A DNA stretch of 64,000 nt from Quadrisphaera sp. (lineage in GTDB: Bacteria > Actinomycetota > Actinomycetes > Actinomycetales > Quadrisphaeraceae): NCBI GenBank assembly GCA_029257185.1, contig JARICT010000082.1, positions 9,100-73,099 on the forward strand, read 5' to 3'. Within the stretch, counting starts at the first letter, position 1. Every line of letters begins with the position of its first letter. The notes under the pieces were generated by a model. The model had not been told where the DNA came from, did not search any database, and saw nothing but the letters and a program-made list of their open reading frames with translations. Below are positions 9,865 through 18,630 of the stretch, piece by piece. Both the position numbers and the translations under genes were made by a program.

Positions 9865-10821
9865 TCACCCGTCGCAGCCGGTGCCGTCGCCGTCACGGTC
9901 GAACCGGCGCTCGAAGCCGGGGTCACCGGCTCGGATGGGCGCTGCGCCGGCGGCGCGCACCTGCGTGCAGCTGGCGTAGGACGGCGTCGGCGCGGTGGGT
10001 GAGGACTCCGCGTCGGTGCGTGCCGGCGGCGCGAGGCCCCCGGTCGGCAGGGGCTCGTCGGGGCAGGTGCCGAGCACGCGGGAGGTCGCGTCGCGCTCGG
10101 CCGAGGTGACCCACAGGCCGTACCGGGCCTTGACCGCGACCTGCCGCGCCACGTAGGAGCAGCGGGCGCCCCTGTTCGGAGGCAGCCAGGTGGCGGCGTC
10201 CCCGTCCCCCTTGGCGCCGTTGAGCGGGCCGTCGACGGCCAGGAGGTTCAACGGGTCGTTGGCGAGCGCGGTGCGCGACGCGCTGTCGAGGGACTGGGCG
10301 CCCTTCTGCCAGGCGTCGCCGAGCGCCACCACGTGGTCGATCTGCACCTGGCTGGACGTGTCGGTGCCGCGCGCGAAGCCCAGGGTGCGTCCGGAGTAGG
10401 GATCCTGAAGGGTGCCGGAGACGACCACGCACCCCCGGGTGCCGGGCTCGACCTGAGCGACGGTGAGGTCGCGGGCCAGCACGTCGTTGCGGGTGTCGCA
10501 GCCGTTGCGGTCCGCGTCGGTCCAGGCGGGGCCGAACTGCCCGCGCTCGTACCCGGTCCTGGGGGCGCGGCCCTTCACGGGCAGCGTCTCGAGCGCGGCG
10601 AGCGCCGTCCCGTCGGCACCGCCGTCCGGGAGGGACGGCGACGCAGGCGGCGGGGCTGCGGTCGTCGGAGCAGCGGTCACCGGTGGCGCCTTCGACGCCG
10701 TGGCGGTGGCGGAGCACCCGCCGACGAGGACCGTCGCCACGAGCACGGGGGTGAGCGCGCTCAAGGCGGCTCCCCCTCGAACCGATCGTCGACAGGAACG
10801 TGCACAACTCAGGGGCAACAC
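9865..10821 (-). CDS. secreted lipoprotein nuclease (DUF1524 / GmrSD C-terminal His-Me finger) with C-terminal Excalibur domain
   Basis: Lipobox LVGGC|S and an Ala/Pro linker. The nuclease core is GCDTRNDVL...QIDHVVALGDAW...LNLLAVDGPLNGAKGD...WLPP. The C-terminus CTQVRAAGAAPIRAGDPGF..FDRDGDGTGC is Excalibur-like. Confidence 0.7.
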   Translation of the reverse strand: MLPLSCARSCRRSVRGGAALSALTPVLVATVLVGGCSATATASKAPPVTAAPTTAAPPPASPSLPDGGADGTALAALETLPVKGRAPRTGYERGQFGPAWTDADRNGCDTRNDVLARDLTVAQVEPGTRGCVVVSGTLQDPYSGRTLGFARGTDTSSQVQIDHVVALGDAWQKGAQSLDSASRTALANDPLNLLAVDGPLNGAKGDGDAATWLPPNRGARCSYVARQVAVKARYGLWVTSAERDATSRVLGTCPDEPLPTGGLAPPARTDAESSPTAPTPSYASCTQVRAAGAAPIRAGDPGFERRFDRDGDGTGCDG

Positions 10822-10852
10822 GTAGCCTCCGGCAGTAGAGCATCCACCATAC

Positions 10853-10878
10853 CCACGGGCCCACTGCTGGGCCCGTGG
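10853..10878. promoter_or_regulatory. perfect 11-bp-stem / 4-nt-loop palindrome in the divergent nuclease/ocd intergenic region
   Basis: CCACGGGCCCA-CTGC-TGGGCCCGTGG. It lies upstream of both flanking genes (starts at 10821 minus and 10938 plus), so it is not a terminator. Confidence 0.4.
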
Positions 10879-10937
10879 TCACGGGCGCTCGCGGCAGATC
10901 TGACGAGCACGATCCGAGGGAGAGGACGAAGCAGGGA

Positions 10938-11966
10938 ATGACGGATTTCGTAGGGGTGGAGAGCGTGCGTCGCTGGCTGGCGCAGAGCGGACCCGCCGCG
11001 GTGATGGAGGGGATGGTCGGCTACCTGGAGGAGGACTTCCGCCGGTGGCCCTCCTTCGACAAGGTCAGCCGGGTCGCCAGCCACACGCCGCTGGGCGTCA
11101 TCGAGCTGATGCCGGTCTCCGGACCTGACCTGTACGGCTTCAAGTACGTCAACGGTCATCCGTCGAACCCGGCTCGCGGTTTCCAGACGGTCACCGCCTT
11201 CGGCATGCTCGCCGAGGTCCACAACGGCTACCCCGTCTTCCTCGCGGAGATGACGCTGGTCACCGCGCTGCGCACCGCGGCGACGTCGGCCATGGCCGCG
11301 CGGACCCTGGCCCGCCCGGACTCGAAGGTCCTGGCCCTCATCGGCGCCGGGAGCCAGGCCGAGTTCCAGGCGCTGGCGATGCGCGCGGTGCTCGGCATCG
11401 AGACGCTGCGGGTGTTCGACGTCGACCAGAGGGCCACCGAGAAGGTCGTGCGCAACCTGACGCCGCTCGGCTTCTCGATCGAGGTGTGCGCCTCGGCGAC
11501 CGAGGCTGCTCGCGGGGCCGACATCATCACCACCTGCACCGCCGACAAGACGCACGGGCAGGTCCTCGCCGACACCGACGTCGAGGCCGGCACGCACGTC
11601 AACGCCATCGGCGGCGACTGCCCCGGGAAGACCGAGCTCGACCCGGCGATCCTGGACCGGGCCGGCGTCTTCGTCGAGCACACCCCCCAGACCCGCGTCG
11701 AGGGGGAGATCCAGAACCGCCCCGCGGACTTCCCCGTCACCGAGCTCTGGGAGGTGCTGACCGGCGCGGAGCCGGGCCGCACCTCGGCGGAGCAGGTGAC
11801 GCTCTTCGACTCCGTGGGCTTCGCCCTGGAGGACTACGGTGCGCTGCGCTACCTGCGGGACGCGGTGACCGGGACGGAGCTGGTGCAGGACATCGATCTC
11901 GTCGCCGCCCCCGGGGACCCCAAGGACCTCTTCGGCTTCGCGCTCTCGCCGGTCCCCGCCGGCTGA
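10938..11966 (+). CDS. ocd: ornithine cyclodeaminase / mu-crystallin family
   Basis: VIELMPVSGPDLYGFKYVNGHPSNP...LTALRTAATSAMAA...LALIGAGSQAEFQ...NAIGGDCPGKTELD is typical of ornithine cyclodeaminase. The ATG at 10938 has an upstream GAGGGAGAGG. Confidence 0.8.
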   Translation: MTDFVGVESVRRWLAQSGPAAVMEGMVGYLEEDFRRWPSFDKVSRVASHTPLGVIELMPVSGPDLYGFKYVNGHPSNPARGFQTVTAFGMLAEVHNGYPVFLAEMTLVTALRTAATSAMAARTLARPDSKVLALIGAGSQAEFQALAMRAVLGIETLRVFDVDQRATEKVVRNLTPLGFSIEVCASATEAARGADIITTCTADKTHGQVLADTDVEAGTHVNAIGGDCPGKTELDPAILDRAGVFVEHTPQTRVEGEIQNRPADFPVTELWEVLTGAEPGRTSAEQVTLFDSVGFALEDYGALRYLRDAVTGTELVQDIDLVAAPGDPKDLFGFALSPVPAG

Positions 11967-11987
11967 GCCGCACCGACGCCGGCGTCC

Positions 11988-13910
11988 TCAGACGCCGGCG
12001 TCGGCCGGGCGCCCGTCGTTGGCGAACTGCGAGGCGTACAGCCGGGCGTACGCGCCACCTGCCTCCAGCAGCTCGTCGTGGGTGCCCTGCTCGACGATGT
12101 GCCCGGACTCCATCACGAGGATCACGTCGGCGTCGCGGATCGTGGAGAGCCGGTGCGCGATGACGAAGCTCGTGCGGCCCGCACGCAGCGTCGCCATCGC
12201 CCGCTGCACGGCCACCTCGGTGCGGGTGTCCACCGAGGAGGTGGCCTCGTCGAGGATCAGCAGCGACGGGCGCGAGAGGAAGGCGCGCGCGATGGTGATG
12301 AGCTGTTTCTCCCCGGAGCTGATCGAGGACCCGTCCTCGTCGACCACGGTGTCGTAGCCCTCGGGCAGGGTGCGGACGAACCGGTCGACGGAGGTGGCAC
12401 GAGCGGCCTCGACGATCTCGTCCTCGGTGGCGTCGAGACGGCCGTAGGCGATGTTCTCGCGGATCGTCCCGCCGAGCAGCCAGGTGTCCTGCAGCACCAT
12501 GCCGATCTGCGAGCGCAGCTCGGCGCGCGGCAGCCTCGCGATGTCGCGCCCGGACAGGGTGATGCGCCCGGAGTCGAGCTCGTAGAAGCGCAGCACGAGG
12601 TTGACCAGCGTCGTCTTGCCGGCGCCCGTCGGGCCGACGACGGCGACGCTCTGGCCTGGCTCGGCGACCAGGGACAGGTCCTCGATGAGCGGTGCGTCGG
12701 GCTCGTAGCGGAAGCTCACGTGCTCGAAGGTCACCCGTCCGGTCGGAGCCTCCTCCGCGGGCGCGGCCACCGCGGCGCCGACGGGGTCGGGGCTCTGCTC
12801 GTCGGCGTCGAGGATCTCGAAGACCCGCTCGGCGCTGGCCACCCCGGACTGCAGCCGGTTGGCCATCGACGCCAGCTGGGAGAGCGGCTGGGTGAACTGG
12901 CGCGAGTACTGGATGAAGGCCTGCACGTCGCCGAGGGAGATCGCGCCCGCGGCCACCCGCAGCCCGCCGACGACGGCGATGGTGACGTAGCTGAGGTTGC
13001 CGACGAAGAGCATGAGCGGCTGGATGAGCCCGCTGACGAACTGGGCCGTGAAGCTGGCCCGGTACAGGCCTTCGTTCTCGTGCGCGAACCGCGCCTGCGC
13101 CGCCTCCTGCTGGCCGAAGACCCGCACCAGCTCGTGCCCGGTGTAGGTCTCCTCGACCTCGGCGTTCAGCGCGCCGGTGCGGGACCACTGCGCCACGAAC
13201 TCCCGCTGCGAGCGCCGTGCGACGAGCGTCGTGATGCCGACGGCCACCGGGACGGTGACCACCGCCACGAGCGCCAGCAGCGGGGAGATCACGAGCATCA
13301 TCACGAGCACCCCGATGACGGTGAGCAGGGAGGTGAGCAGCTGGCTCATCGTCTGCTGCAGGGACTGGCCGACGTTGTCCATGTCGTTGGTGACCCGGCT
13401 CAGCAGCTCACCGCGGGGGCGCTGGTCGAAGAAGGTCAGCGGGAGGGAGTGGATCGTGTCCTCGACCCGTGAGCGCAGCCGCCGCACGGTGCGCTGGATG
13501 ACGTCGTTGAGCAGGTACCCCTGCAGCCAGGCGACCAGCGCGCCGCCCACGTAGGCGGCCAGCGCCAGGGCGATGACGAGGCCGAGCTGCCCGAGGTCCA
13601 CCCCCTGGCCGGGCGTCACCGGGGAGCCGGAGAGCAGGTCGGCCAGGCCCTCGTCCCCCGAGGCGCGCGCGGCGGCTTCCGCCTGGGCGGCGGTGGTCCC
13701 CTCGGGGATCCGCCGACCGAGGACGCCGGCGAAGATGATGTCGGTCGCCCTGCCGAGGATCCACGGCCCCAGCACGGTGAGCCCGACGCTGACGACGGCC
13801 AGGGCGACGATGACGGAGACCTTCCGGCCCTCCGGCGCGAGCTCGGCGACCAGGCGCTTCGCCGACGGCCAGAAGCGCAGCGGCTTCGCGGCGGGGCTGC
13901 TGTCGCTCAC
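11988..13910 (-). CDS. ABC exporter, fused permease-ATPase, consensus-site half
   Basis: The GTG at 13910 overlaps the upstream stop (GTGA). Walker A is GPTGAGKTT, Walker B is LLILDEATS and the H-loop is IAHRLST. The signature is degenerate (ISSGEKQ). Confidence 0.85.
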   Translation of the reverse strand: MSDSSPAAKPLRFWPSAKRLVAELAPEGRKVSVIVALAVVSVGLTVLGPWILGRATDIIFAGVLGRRIPEGTTAAQAEAAARASGDEGLADLLSGSPVTPGQGVDLGQLGLVIALALAAYVGGALVAWLQGYLLNDVIQRTVRRLRSRVEDTIHSLPLTFFDQRPRGELLSRVTNDMDNVGQSLQQTMSQLLTSLLTVIGVLVMMLVISPLLALVAVVTVPVAVGITTLVARRSQREFVAQWSRTGALNAEVEETYTGHELVRVFGQQEAAQARFAHENEGLYRASFTAQFVSGLIQPLMLFVGNLSYVTIAVVGGLRVAAGAISLGDVQAFIQYSRQFTQPLSQLASMANRLQSGVASAERVFEILDADEQSPDPVGAAVAAPAEEAPTGRVTFEHVSFRYEPDAPLIEDLSLVAEPGQSVAVVGPTGAGKTTLVNLVLRFYELDSGRITLSGRDIARLPRAELRSQIGMVLQDTWLLGGTIRENIAYGRLDATEDEIVEAARATSVDRFVRTLPEGYDTVVDEDGSSISSGEKQLITIARAFLSRPSLLILDEATSSVDTRTEVAVQRAMATLRAGRTSFVIAHRLSTIRDADVILVMESGHIVEQGTHDELLEAGGAYARLYASQFANDGRPADAGV

Positions 13911-15646
13911 GACGCGGCCGCGGCGGTGGTCTGCGAGTCGACGATCTCGCGGTAGGCCTCGCACGTCTCCAGCAGCTCCTCGTGGGTGCCGGTGCCGACC
14001 ACCACGCCGCCGTCGAGGACGACGATCCGCTCCGCGCTGGCGATCGTCGAGACCCGCTGCGCGACGACGATCACGGCGGCGTCGGCGGTGACCGGCTCCA
14101 GGGCCGCTCGCAGGCGGGCGTCCGTGGTGAGGTCGAGGGCGGAGAAGGAGTCGTCGAAGAGGTAGACGGCCGGCCGGCGCACCACGGCCCGCGCGATGGC
14201 GAGGCGCTGGCGCTGCCCCCCGGAGAGGTTGGTGCCCCCCTGGGTGATCGGGGCGTTCAGGCCGAGGGCTGTCGCGGAGACGAAGCCGGCGGCCTGCGCG
14301 ACCTCCAGGGCCGCCCACAGCTCGTCGTCGGTGGCGTCGGGCTTGCCGAAGCGCAGGTTGCTCGCGACGGTGCCGGTGAACAGGTACGGCTGCTGCGGCA
14401 CGTAGCCGATGCGTGACCACAGCGCCTCGGGGGCCTGGTCGCGCACGTCCACCCCGCCGACCTCGACGGTGCCGGAGGTGGCGTCGAACAGTCGTGGGAC
14501 GAGCGAGAGCAGCGTCGTCTTGCCCGAGCCGGTGCCGCCGATGATCGCCGTCGTCTGGCCGGGCAGGGCGAGGAGGTCCACGTCGCACAGCACGGGGGAC
14601 TCCGCGCCCGGGTAGCAGAAGGTGACCTCGCGCAGCCGCACCGTCCCCGCATCTCGACCGGCCCGGGCGGGCGTGGGGTCCTCGGGGGTGGTGACGGACG
14701 GTTCGGTGTCCAGCACCTCGGTGATACGGCCCGCGGCGACGGCGGCGCGCGGGACCAGGATGACCATGAAGGTCGCCGAGAGCACGGCGGTGAGGATCTG
14801 CAGGAGGTAGTTGAGGAAGGCCGTCAGCGAGCCGATCTGCATCTCGCCGGCGTCCACGCGGATCCCGCCGAACCACAGCACGGCGACGGTGGAGACGTTG
14901 AGCACGAGCATGACGATCGGCGTGATGAGCACCTGGAGGCGGCCGACCCGGATCATCGTGTCCGTGAGGTCGTCGTTGGCGGCGGCGAAACGCCGGCTCT
15001 CGTAGGGCTCGCGCACGAAGGCGCGCGTGACGCGGATGCCCGTCAGCTGCTCGCGCAGCACACGGTTCACCGCGTCGATGCGCTCCTGCACCACCTGGTA
15101 GAGCGGCACCATCCGACGGACCACCAGGAGCACCGCGACGACGAGCACCGGGACGCTGACGAGCAGGAGCCAGGAGAGACCGACGTCCTCGCGCAGCGCC
15201 ATGACGATGCCCCCGACGCACATGATCGGCGCGGTGACCAGGAGCGTGGCGGACAGCAGCACCAGCAGCTGGACCTGCTGGACGTCGTTGGTGTTGCGGG
15301 TGATGAGCGTGGGGGCGCCGAACCGCCTCATCTCCCGGGAGGAGAACGTGCCGACGGTGGCGAAGAGGGAGGCGCGGACGTCACGCCCGAAGCCCATGGC
15401 GGCCTTCGCGCCGAACCACACCGCGGCGATCGAGGCCGCCACCTGCACCACGGTGATGGCGAGCATCAGGGCGCCGACGCGCAGGATGTACGACGTGTCG
15501 CTCTCCACGACGCCGTTGTCGATGATGTCCGCGTTCAGGCTCGGCAGGAACAGCGCGGCGATGGTGCCGACGAGCTGGAGGACCACCACGGCGGCCAGCT
15601 CGCGCGTGTAGGACCCGAGGAAAGACCTCAGGAGGTGGATCAGCAC
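13907..15646 (-). CDS. ABC exporter, fused permease-ATPase, degenerate-site half
   Basis: The GTG at 15646 is preceded by GGAGGAGGA. Walker A is GGTGSGKTT and the signature is LSGGQRQR. Walker B reads YLFDDSFS (D in place of E) and the H-loop reads VAQRVST (Q in place of H). Confidence 0.85.
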   Translation of the reverse strand: MLIHLLRSFLGSYTRELAAVVVLQLVGTIAALFLPSLNADIIDNGVVESDTSYILRVGALMLAITVVQVAASIAAVWFGAKAAMGFGRDVRASLFATVGTFSSREMRRFGAPTLITRNTNDVQQVQLLVLLSATLLVTAPIMCVGGIVMALREDVGLSWLLLVSVPVLVVAVLLVVRRMVPLYQVVQERIDAVNRVLREQLTGIRVTRAFVREPYESRRFAAANDDLTDTMIRVGRLQVLITPIVMLVLNVSTVAVLWFGGIRVDAGEMQIGSLTAFLNYLLQILTAVLSATFMVILVPRAAVAAGRITEVLDTEPSVTTPEDPTPARAGRDAGTVRLREVTFCYPGAESPVLCDVDLLALPGQTTAIIGGTGSGKTTLLSLVPRLFDATSGTVEVGGVDVRDQAPEALWSRIGYVPQQPYLFTGTVASNLRFGKPDATDDELWAALEVAQAAGFVSATALGLNAPITQGGTNLSGGQRQRLAIARAVVRRPAVYLFDDSFSALDLTTDARLRAALEPVTADAAVIVVAQRVSTIASAERIVVLDGGVVVGTGTHEELLETCEAYREIVDSQTTAAAAS

Positions 15647-15978
15647 GTGCGCTCCTCCTCCGCCCGGCGGGGTGCGGGCGACCGGCAGACGATACGCGGG
15701 GCCGGGCTCGCTCACCCGTCGATCACCGTGGCAGGGTCGTGGCATGACGCGAGCTGTGCCGCGTACCACGCCCGGCCCAACGACGAACCGGACGCCTGGG
15801 GTGATCCGGCGTCGTGGCGTCCCGCAGCGGCGGAGTCGTGACGCGGGCACCGGCTCATGGTGAGGTGCGGCGGTGCTGGAGCGGCGAGATCGGCTGGCGT
15901 CCCGTCGTGGTCGTGTGGCGGGACGCCACCGTCCCCCACCTTCGACGGGCGCTCGTCGCTCCGTGCACGACGACCCAG

Positions 15979-15999
15979 CCGGGCGGAGAAGGCCGCCCG
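15979..15999 (-). terminator. short GC hairpin 26 nt downstream of the nuclease-lectin gene
   Basis: CGGGCGG-AGAAGG-CCGCCCG. A second 9-bp stem lies at 15896-15927 (GGCGTCCCG...CGGGACGCC). Neither has a clear U-tract. Confidence 0.35.
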
Positions 16000-16024
16000 A
16001 CGGTGCACCGGAGAACGTCCCTCC

Positions 16025-17593
16025 CTACTCGCAGGCGACCCCGTCACCATCGCGGTCGACCCCGCTGCGATACCCCGGCTGGCCGCGGTAGAGCGGCGCC
16101 TTACCGGCAGCGCGCACGGCGGCGCAGTTGGCGTAGTACACGTCGCTGGGCGGCTGCGTCGGCGTCGGGGGCGAGACGTAGAGCGGCAGCAGGGTGCCTC
16201 GGCTGGCCGAGGTCGCGGCCTTGCCGGTGTCGAAGGCGGAGTACCAGGCCGGCGACCTGTCGCCGCGGTGGAGGACGGCGTTGCCGTCGTCCTGGACGTC
16301 GAGACGCAGCCGGCCCTCGCGCCAGCTCCCGGAGTCCCACACCGCTCGTCCGCCGCGGGAGGCGACGAGGTTGCCGTCACTCTGGAGCGTGAGGCGGTCC
16401 GCGCCGTAGGAGCCGGAGTAGAACAGCGGTCGCCCCCCGCGGTAGGCGACCACGTTGCCGTCCCGCTGGAGGATGAGGTGGTAGCGCCCGGACGCGGAGG
16501 TGATCTGCTGGCCGCGGGTGAGGGACTGTCCGGGGAACAGGGAGGTGCGGTCCCAGCCGGTGAACCATGCGGCCGAGCCGTTCGCGCGATACAGCACGAC
16601 GTTGCCGTCGTCCTGCACCCGCAGCGTCGCACCGGGGTTGCCGTAGGTACCGGCGTCCCACAGCGCGCGGCCGTCGCGCGCGTAGACCACCGCGTTCCCG
16701 TCGCTCTGGAGGACGAACCGGGCGCCCGGATTGCCGTAGGTGCCCGATGACCAGAGCGGGCGGTAGCCGGGCGCGTAGGCGACGAGGTTGCCGTCGGGCT
16801 GGAACGCCAGCCCGTGGCTGCGGTCGGCGGAGAGCAACCACGCGCCGGGCGTGAGGACCTGGCCCGCGCTCATCGACGAGCCGGTGGCGAGCACCGGGCC
16901 AGGGTCCGGTGCCGGCTGCGCCGGCCCGACGTCGGCGCGCTCGGGGACCTCGACGCGGGGGTCGCCGCACTGGGCCACCAGGCTCGACAGGGCGCTGCGC
17001 TCCGCGGTGTCCACGCTGAGGCTCCAGCGGTACTTCACCGCTGCCCACTCCTGCGCGTACCGGCACGAGGCGCCCGGCGCTGACGGCAGCCAGGACGCCG
17101 GGTCGCTGTCGGACTTCGCCTGGTTGCTCGTCCGGGTGACGGCAGCGAGCGTGGGCGCGAAGTCGAGCTCGTTGCCGTACGCCTCCTGCTGCTCGCCGGA
17201 CCAGCCCGAGGCCCCGGAGCGCCACGCCTCCGCGAGCGCGACGAGGTGGTCCACCTCGATCTCCGACGGGTCGGTCGTGGTCTTCCCGTCGTAGGAGGAG
17301 GTCCACGAGCCCGCCACCGAGCAGTTCGGGCCGATGGTCGCAGGGACCGTGGACTCGGCGATGAGCACCTCACGGCGGGTGTCGCAGCCGTCACCGTCGG
17401 CATCGATCCCGTAGCGGAAGGCGCCGCGGTCGTAGGCCGGGCTGGTGGCCTCCGCGCGCACCGGCAGGTCGGCGAGCAGCTGGGACAGCCGCACCTCCGC
17501 TGCGGACGCGGTCGGCGCCAGCGCGACGAGGGAGGTGGCGGCGAACGCCGCGGACAGGGCGCCGGCCAGCAGGCGCAGCGGATGTAAGGGCAT
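16025..17593 (-). CDS. secreted DUF1524 His-Me nuclease fused to two bulb-type (mannose-binding) lectin domains and an Excalibur domain
   Basis: Signal peptide ...APTASA|AEV. The nuclease core is GCDTRREVL...EVDHLVALAEAW...TRTSNQAKSD..WLP. Six QxDxNxVxY-type lectin subdomain motifs follow: FQPDGNLVAY, LQSDGNAVVY, VQDDGNVVLY, LQRDGNVVAY, LQSDGNLVAS, VQDDGNAVLH. The C-terminus is CAAVRAAGKAPLYRGQPGY..GVDRDGDGVACE. Confidence 0.75.
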   Translation of the reverse strand: MPLHPLRLLAGALSAAFAATSLVALAPTASAAEVRLSQLLADLPVRAEATSPAYDRGAFRYGIDADGDGCDTRREVLIAESTVPATIGPNCSVAGSWTSSYDGKTTTDPSEIEVDHLVALAEAWRSGASGWSGEQQEAYGNELDFAPTLAAVTRTSNQAKSDSDPASWLPSAPGASCRYAQEWAAVKYRWSLSVDTAERSALSSLVAQCGDPRVEVPERADVGPAQPAPDPGPVLATGSSMSAGQVLTPGAWLLSADRSHGLAFQPDGNLVAYAPGYRPLWSSGTYGNPGARFVLQSDGNAVVYARDGRALWDAGTYGNPGATLRVQDDGNVVLYRANGSAAWFTGWDRTSLFPGQSLTRGQQITSASGRYHLILQRDGNVVAYRGGRPLFYSGSYGADRLTLQSDGNLVASRGGRAVWDSGSWREGRLRLDVQDDGNAVLHRGDRSPAWYSAFDTGKAATSASRGTLLPLYVSPPTPTQPPSDVYYANCAAVRAAGKAPLYRGQPGYRSGVDRDGDGVACE

Positions 17594-17754
17594 GGAGGCT
17601 CCTGGGGCTGCGCGACGAGGGAGCCGAACCGTATCGGGCGTCGCACGCTCTGTCAGTCATTCACTCCATCAGGCGAGCCGACGCGGTGTGAAGGTGACGG
17701 GGCGACCGGGCACCGCCTCGCACACCACGACGCGCCGGCGGCGCGAGAGGTTGC

Positions 17755-18630
17755 TCAGGGGTGCAGGGCGGCGACCCTCTCCTCGACGGTCGCGGGCAAC
17801 CGGCGGCGCGCCACCAGGGCTGCGGGCAGCGCACGGACCGCTCGTCGCAGCCCTGCCCGTCCGGCGTCGGTGTCCCGCCACGCCGCGAGCGCCCGCCGTG
17901 CGACGACGGGCCACGGCCGGCGCATCACCGCGCTGAGGATCCCCGAGCGAGCGATGGCCGCGCGCCGCACCTGCGGGCTGGACCGCGACGGGGACGGGTG
18001 GTGGTGCACGACCAGCTCGGGGACGTACGCCAGTCCCCAGCCGGCGGCCAGCAGGTCCAGGGTGAGGCGCTCCTCCTCGCCGGGGAAGACCACGACGTCG
18101 TCGAAGCCCCCGGCGCGGGTGAACGCCTCGGCGCGCACGACCGCCCCGCAGGCGGCGAAGCCCACGATCGCCGGGCCGGGCATGTCCGCCTCGGTGCCCA
18201 GCGGCGCGCGTGCCAGCTCGGCGCACAGCGGCTCGAGGCGCTCCTCGTCCCCGAGGAGGATCCGGGCGTGCAGCACCGCGGCGCGCGGGTGGGCGTCCAT
18301 GAGCCCCACCGCGAGGGCCAGGGAGCCGGGCGCCCACCACGAGTCGTCGTCGGCGAAGGCCACGTAGCGCGTGCCCGCCCGGGCGACGCCGATCGTGCGG
18401 GCCGCGGCGCCGCGGTTGCGGGGCAGGGCGACCACATCGACGCCCGGGTGGGTCTCGCGGACGGCATCGGCGCTGCCGTCGGTGGAGGCGTTGTCGAGCA
18501 GGATCACCGGCGCCTCGTGGCGGCCGAGGGACTGCAGCAGCTCACCGCGGCGGTTCTGGCTGGCGACGACGACGGTGACCGCGTCGCCCAGGGCCTCGGC
18601 GGCGCGGGCGCCCTCGGGGGCAGCGGTCAT
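17755..18630 (-). CDS. glycosyltransferase family 2
   Basis: VTVVVASQNRRGELL...LLDNASTDGS...LPRNRGAAARTIG...VAFADDDSWW shows the GT-A fold with a DxD motif. The ATG at 18630 overlaps the upstream stop (ATGA). Confidence 0.8.
   Translation of the reverse strand: MTAAPEGARAAEALGDAVTVVVASQNRRGELLQSLGRHEAPVILLDNASTDGSADAVRETHPGVDVVALPRNRGAAARTIGVARAGTRYVAFADDDSWWAPGSLALAVGLMDAHPRAAVLHARILLGDEERLEPLCAELARAPLGTEADMPGPAIVGFAACGAVVRAEAFTRAGGFDDVVVFPGEEERLTLDLLAAGWGLAYVPELVVHHHPSPSRSSPQVRRAAIARSGILSAVMRRPWPVVARRALAAWRDTDAGRAGLRRAVRALPAALVARRRLPATVEERVAALHP

Noticed and set aside
11988-15221. Track ORFs that look like giant fusions: 11988-15221 (1077 aa), 17755-19842, 22393-23844, 24170-27076, 26389-28320, 27711-28916, 28712-31210, 29857-31971 and 3443-5326.
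   Set aside because: The N-terminal parts are read-through of the upstream gene's region in another frame. In each case a start codon that overlaps the upstream stop (GTGA/ATGA), or has a good RBS, gives a protein beginning where homologs begin. Only GmhA-HldE (24170-26392), GT2-GmhB (29857-31380) and TagF-NTP-transferase (51873-53834) remain as real fusions. In those three, both recognisable domains share one frame with no intervening stop.
15647-15895. The long (~250 bp) untranslated region upstream of the 13907-15646 ABC exporter, as a possible riboswitch or leader.
   Set aside because: I recognised no conserved riboswitch core or leader peptide. It probably holds only a promoter plus the terminator hairpins of the upstream nuclease-lectin gene.
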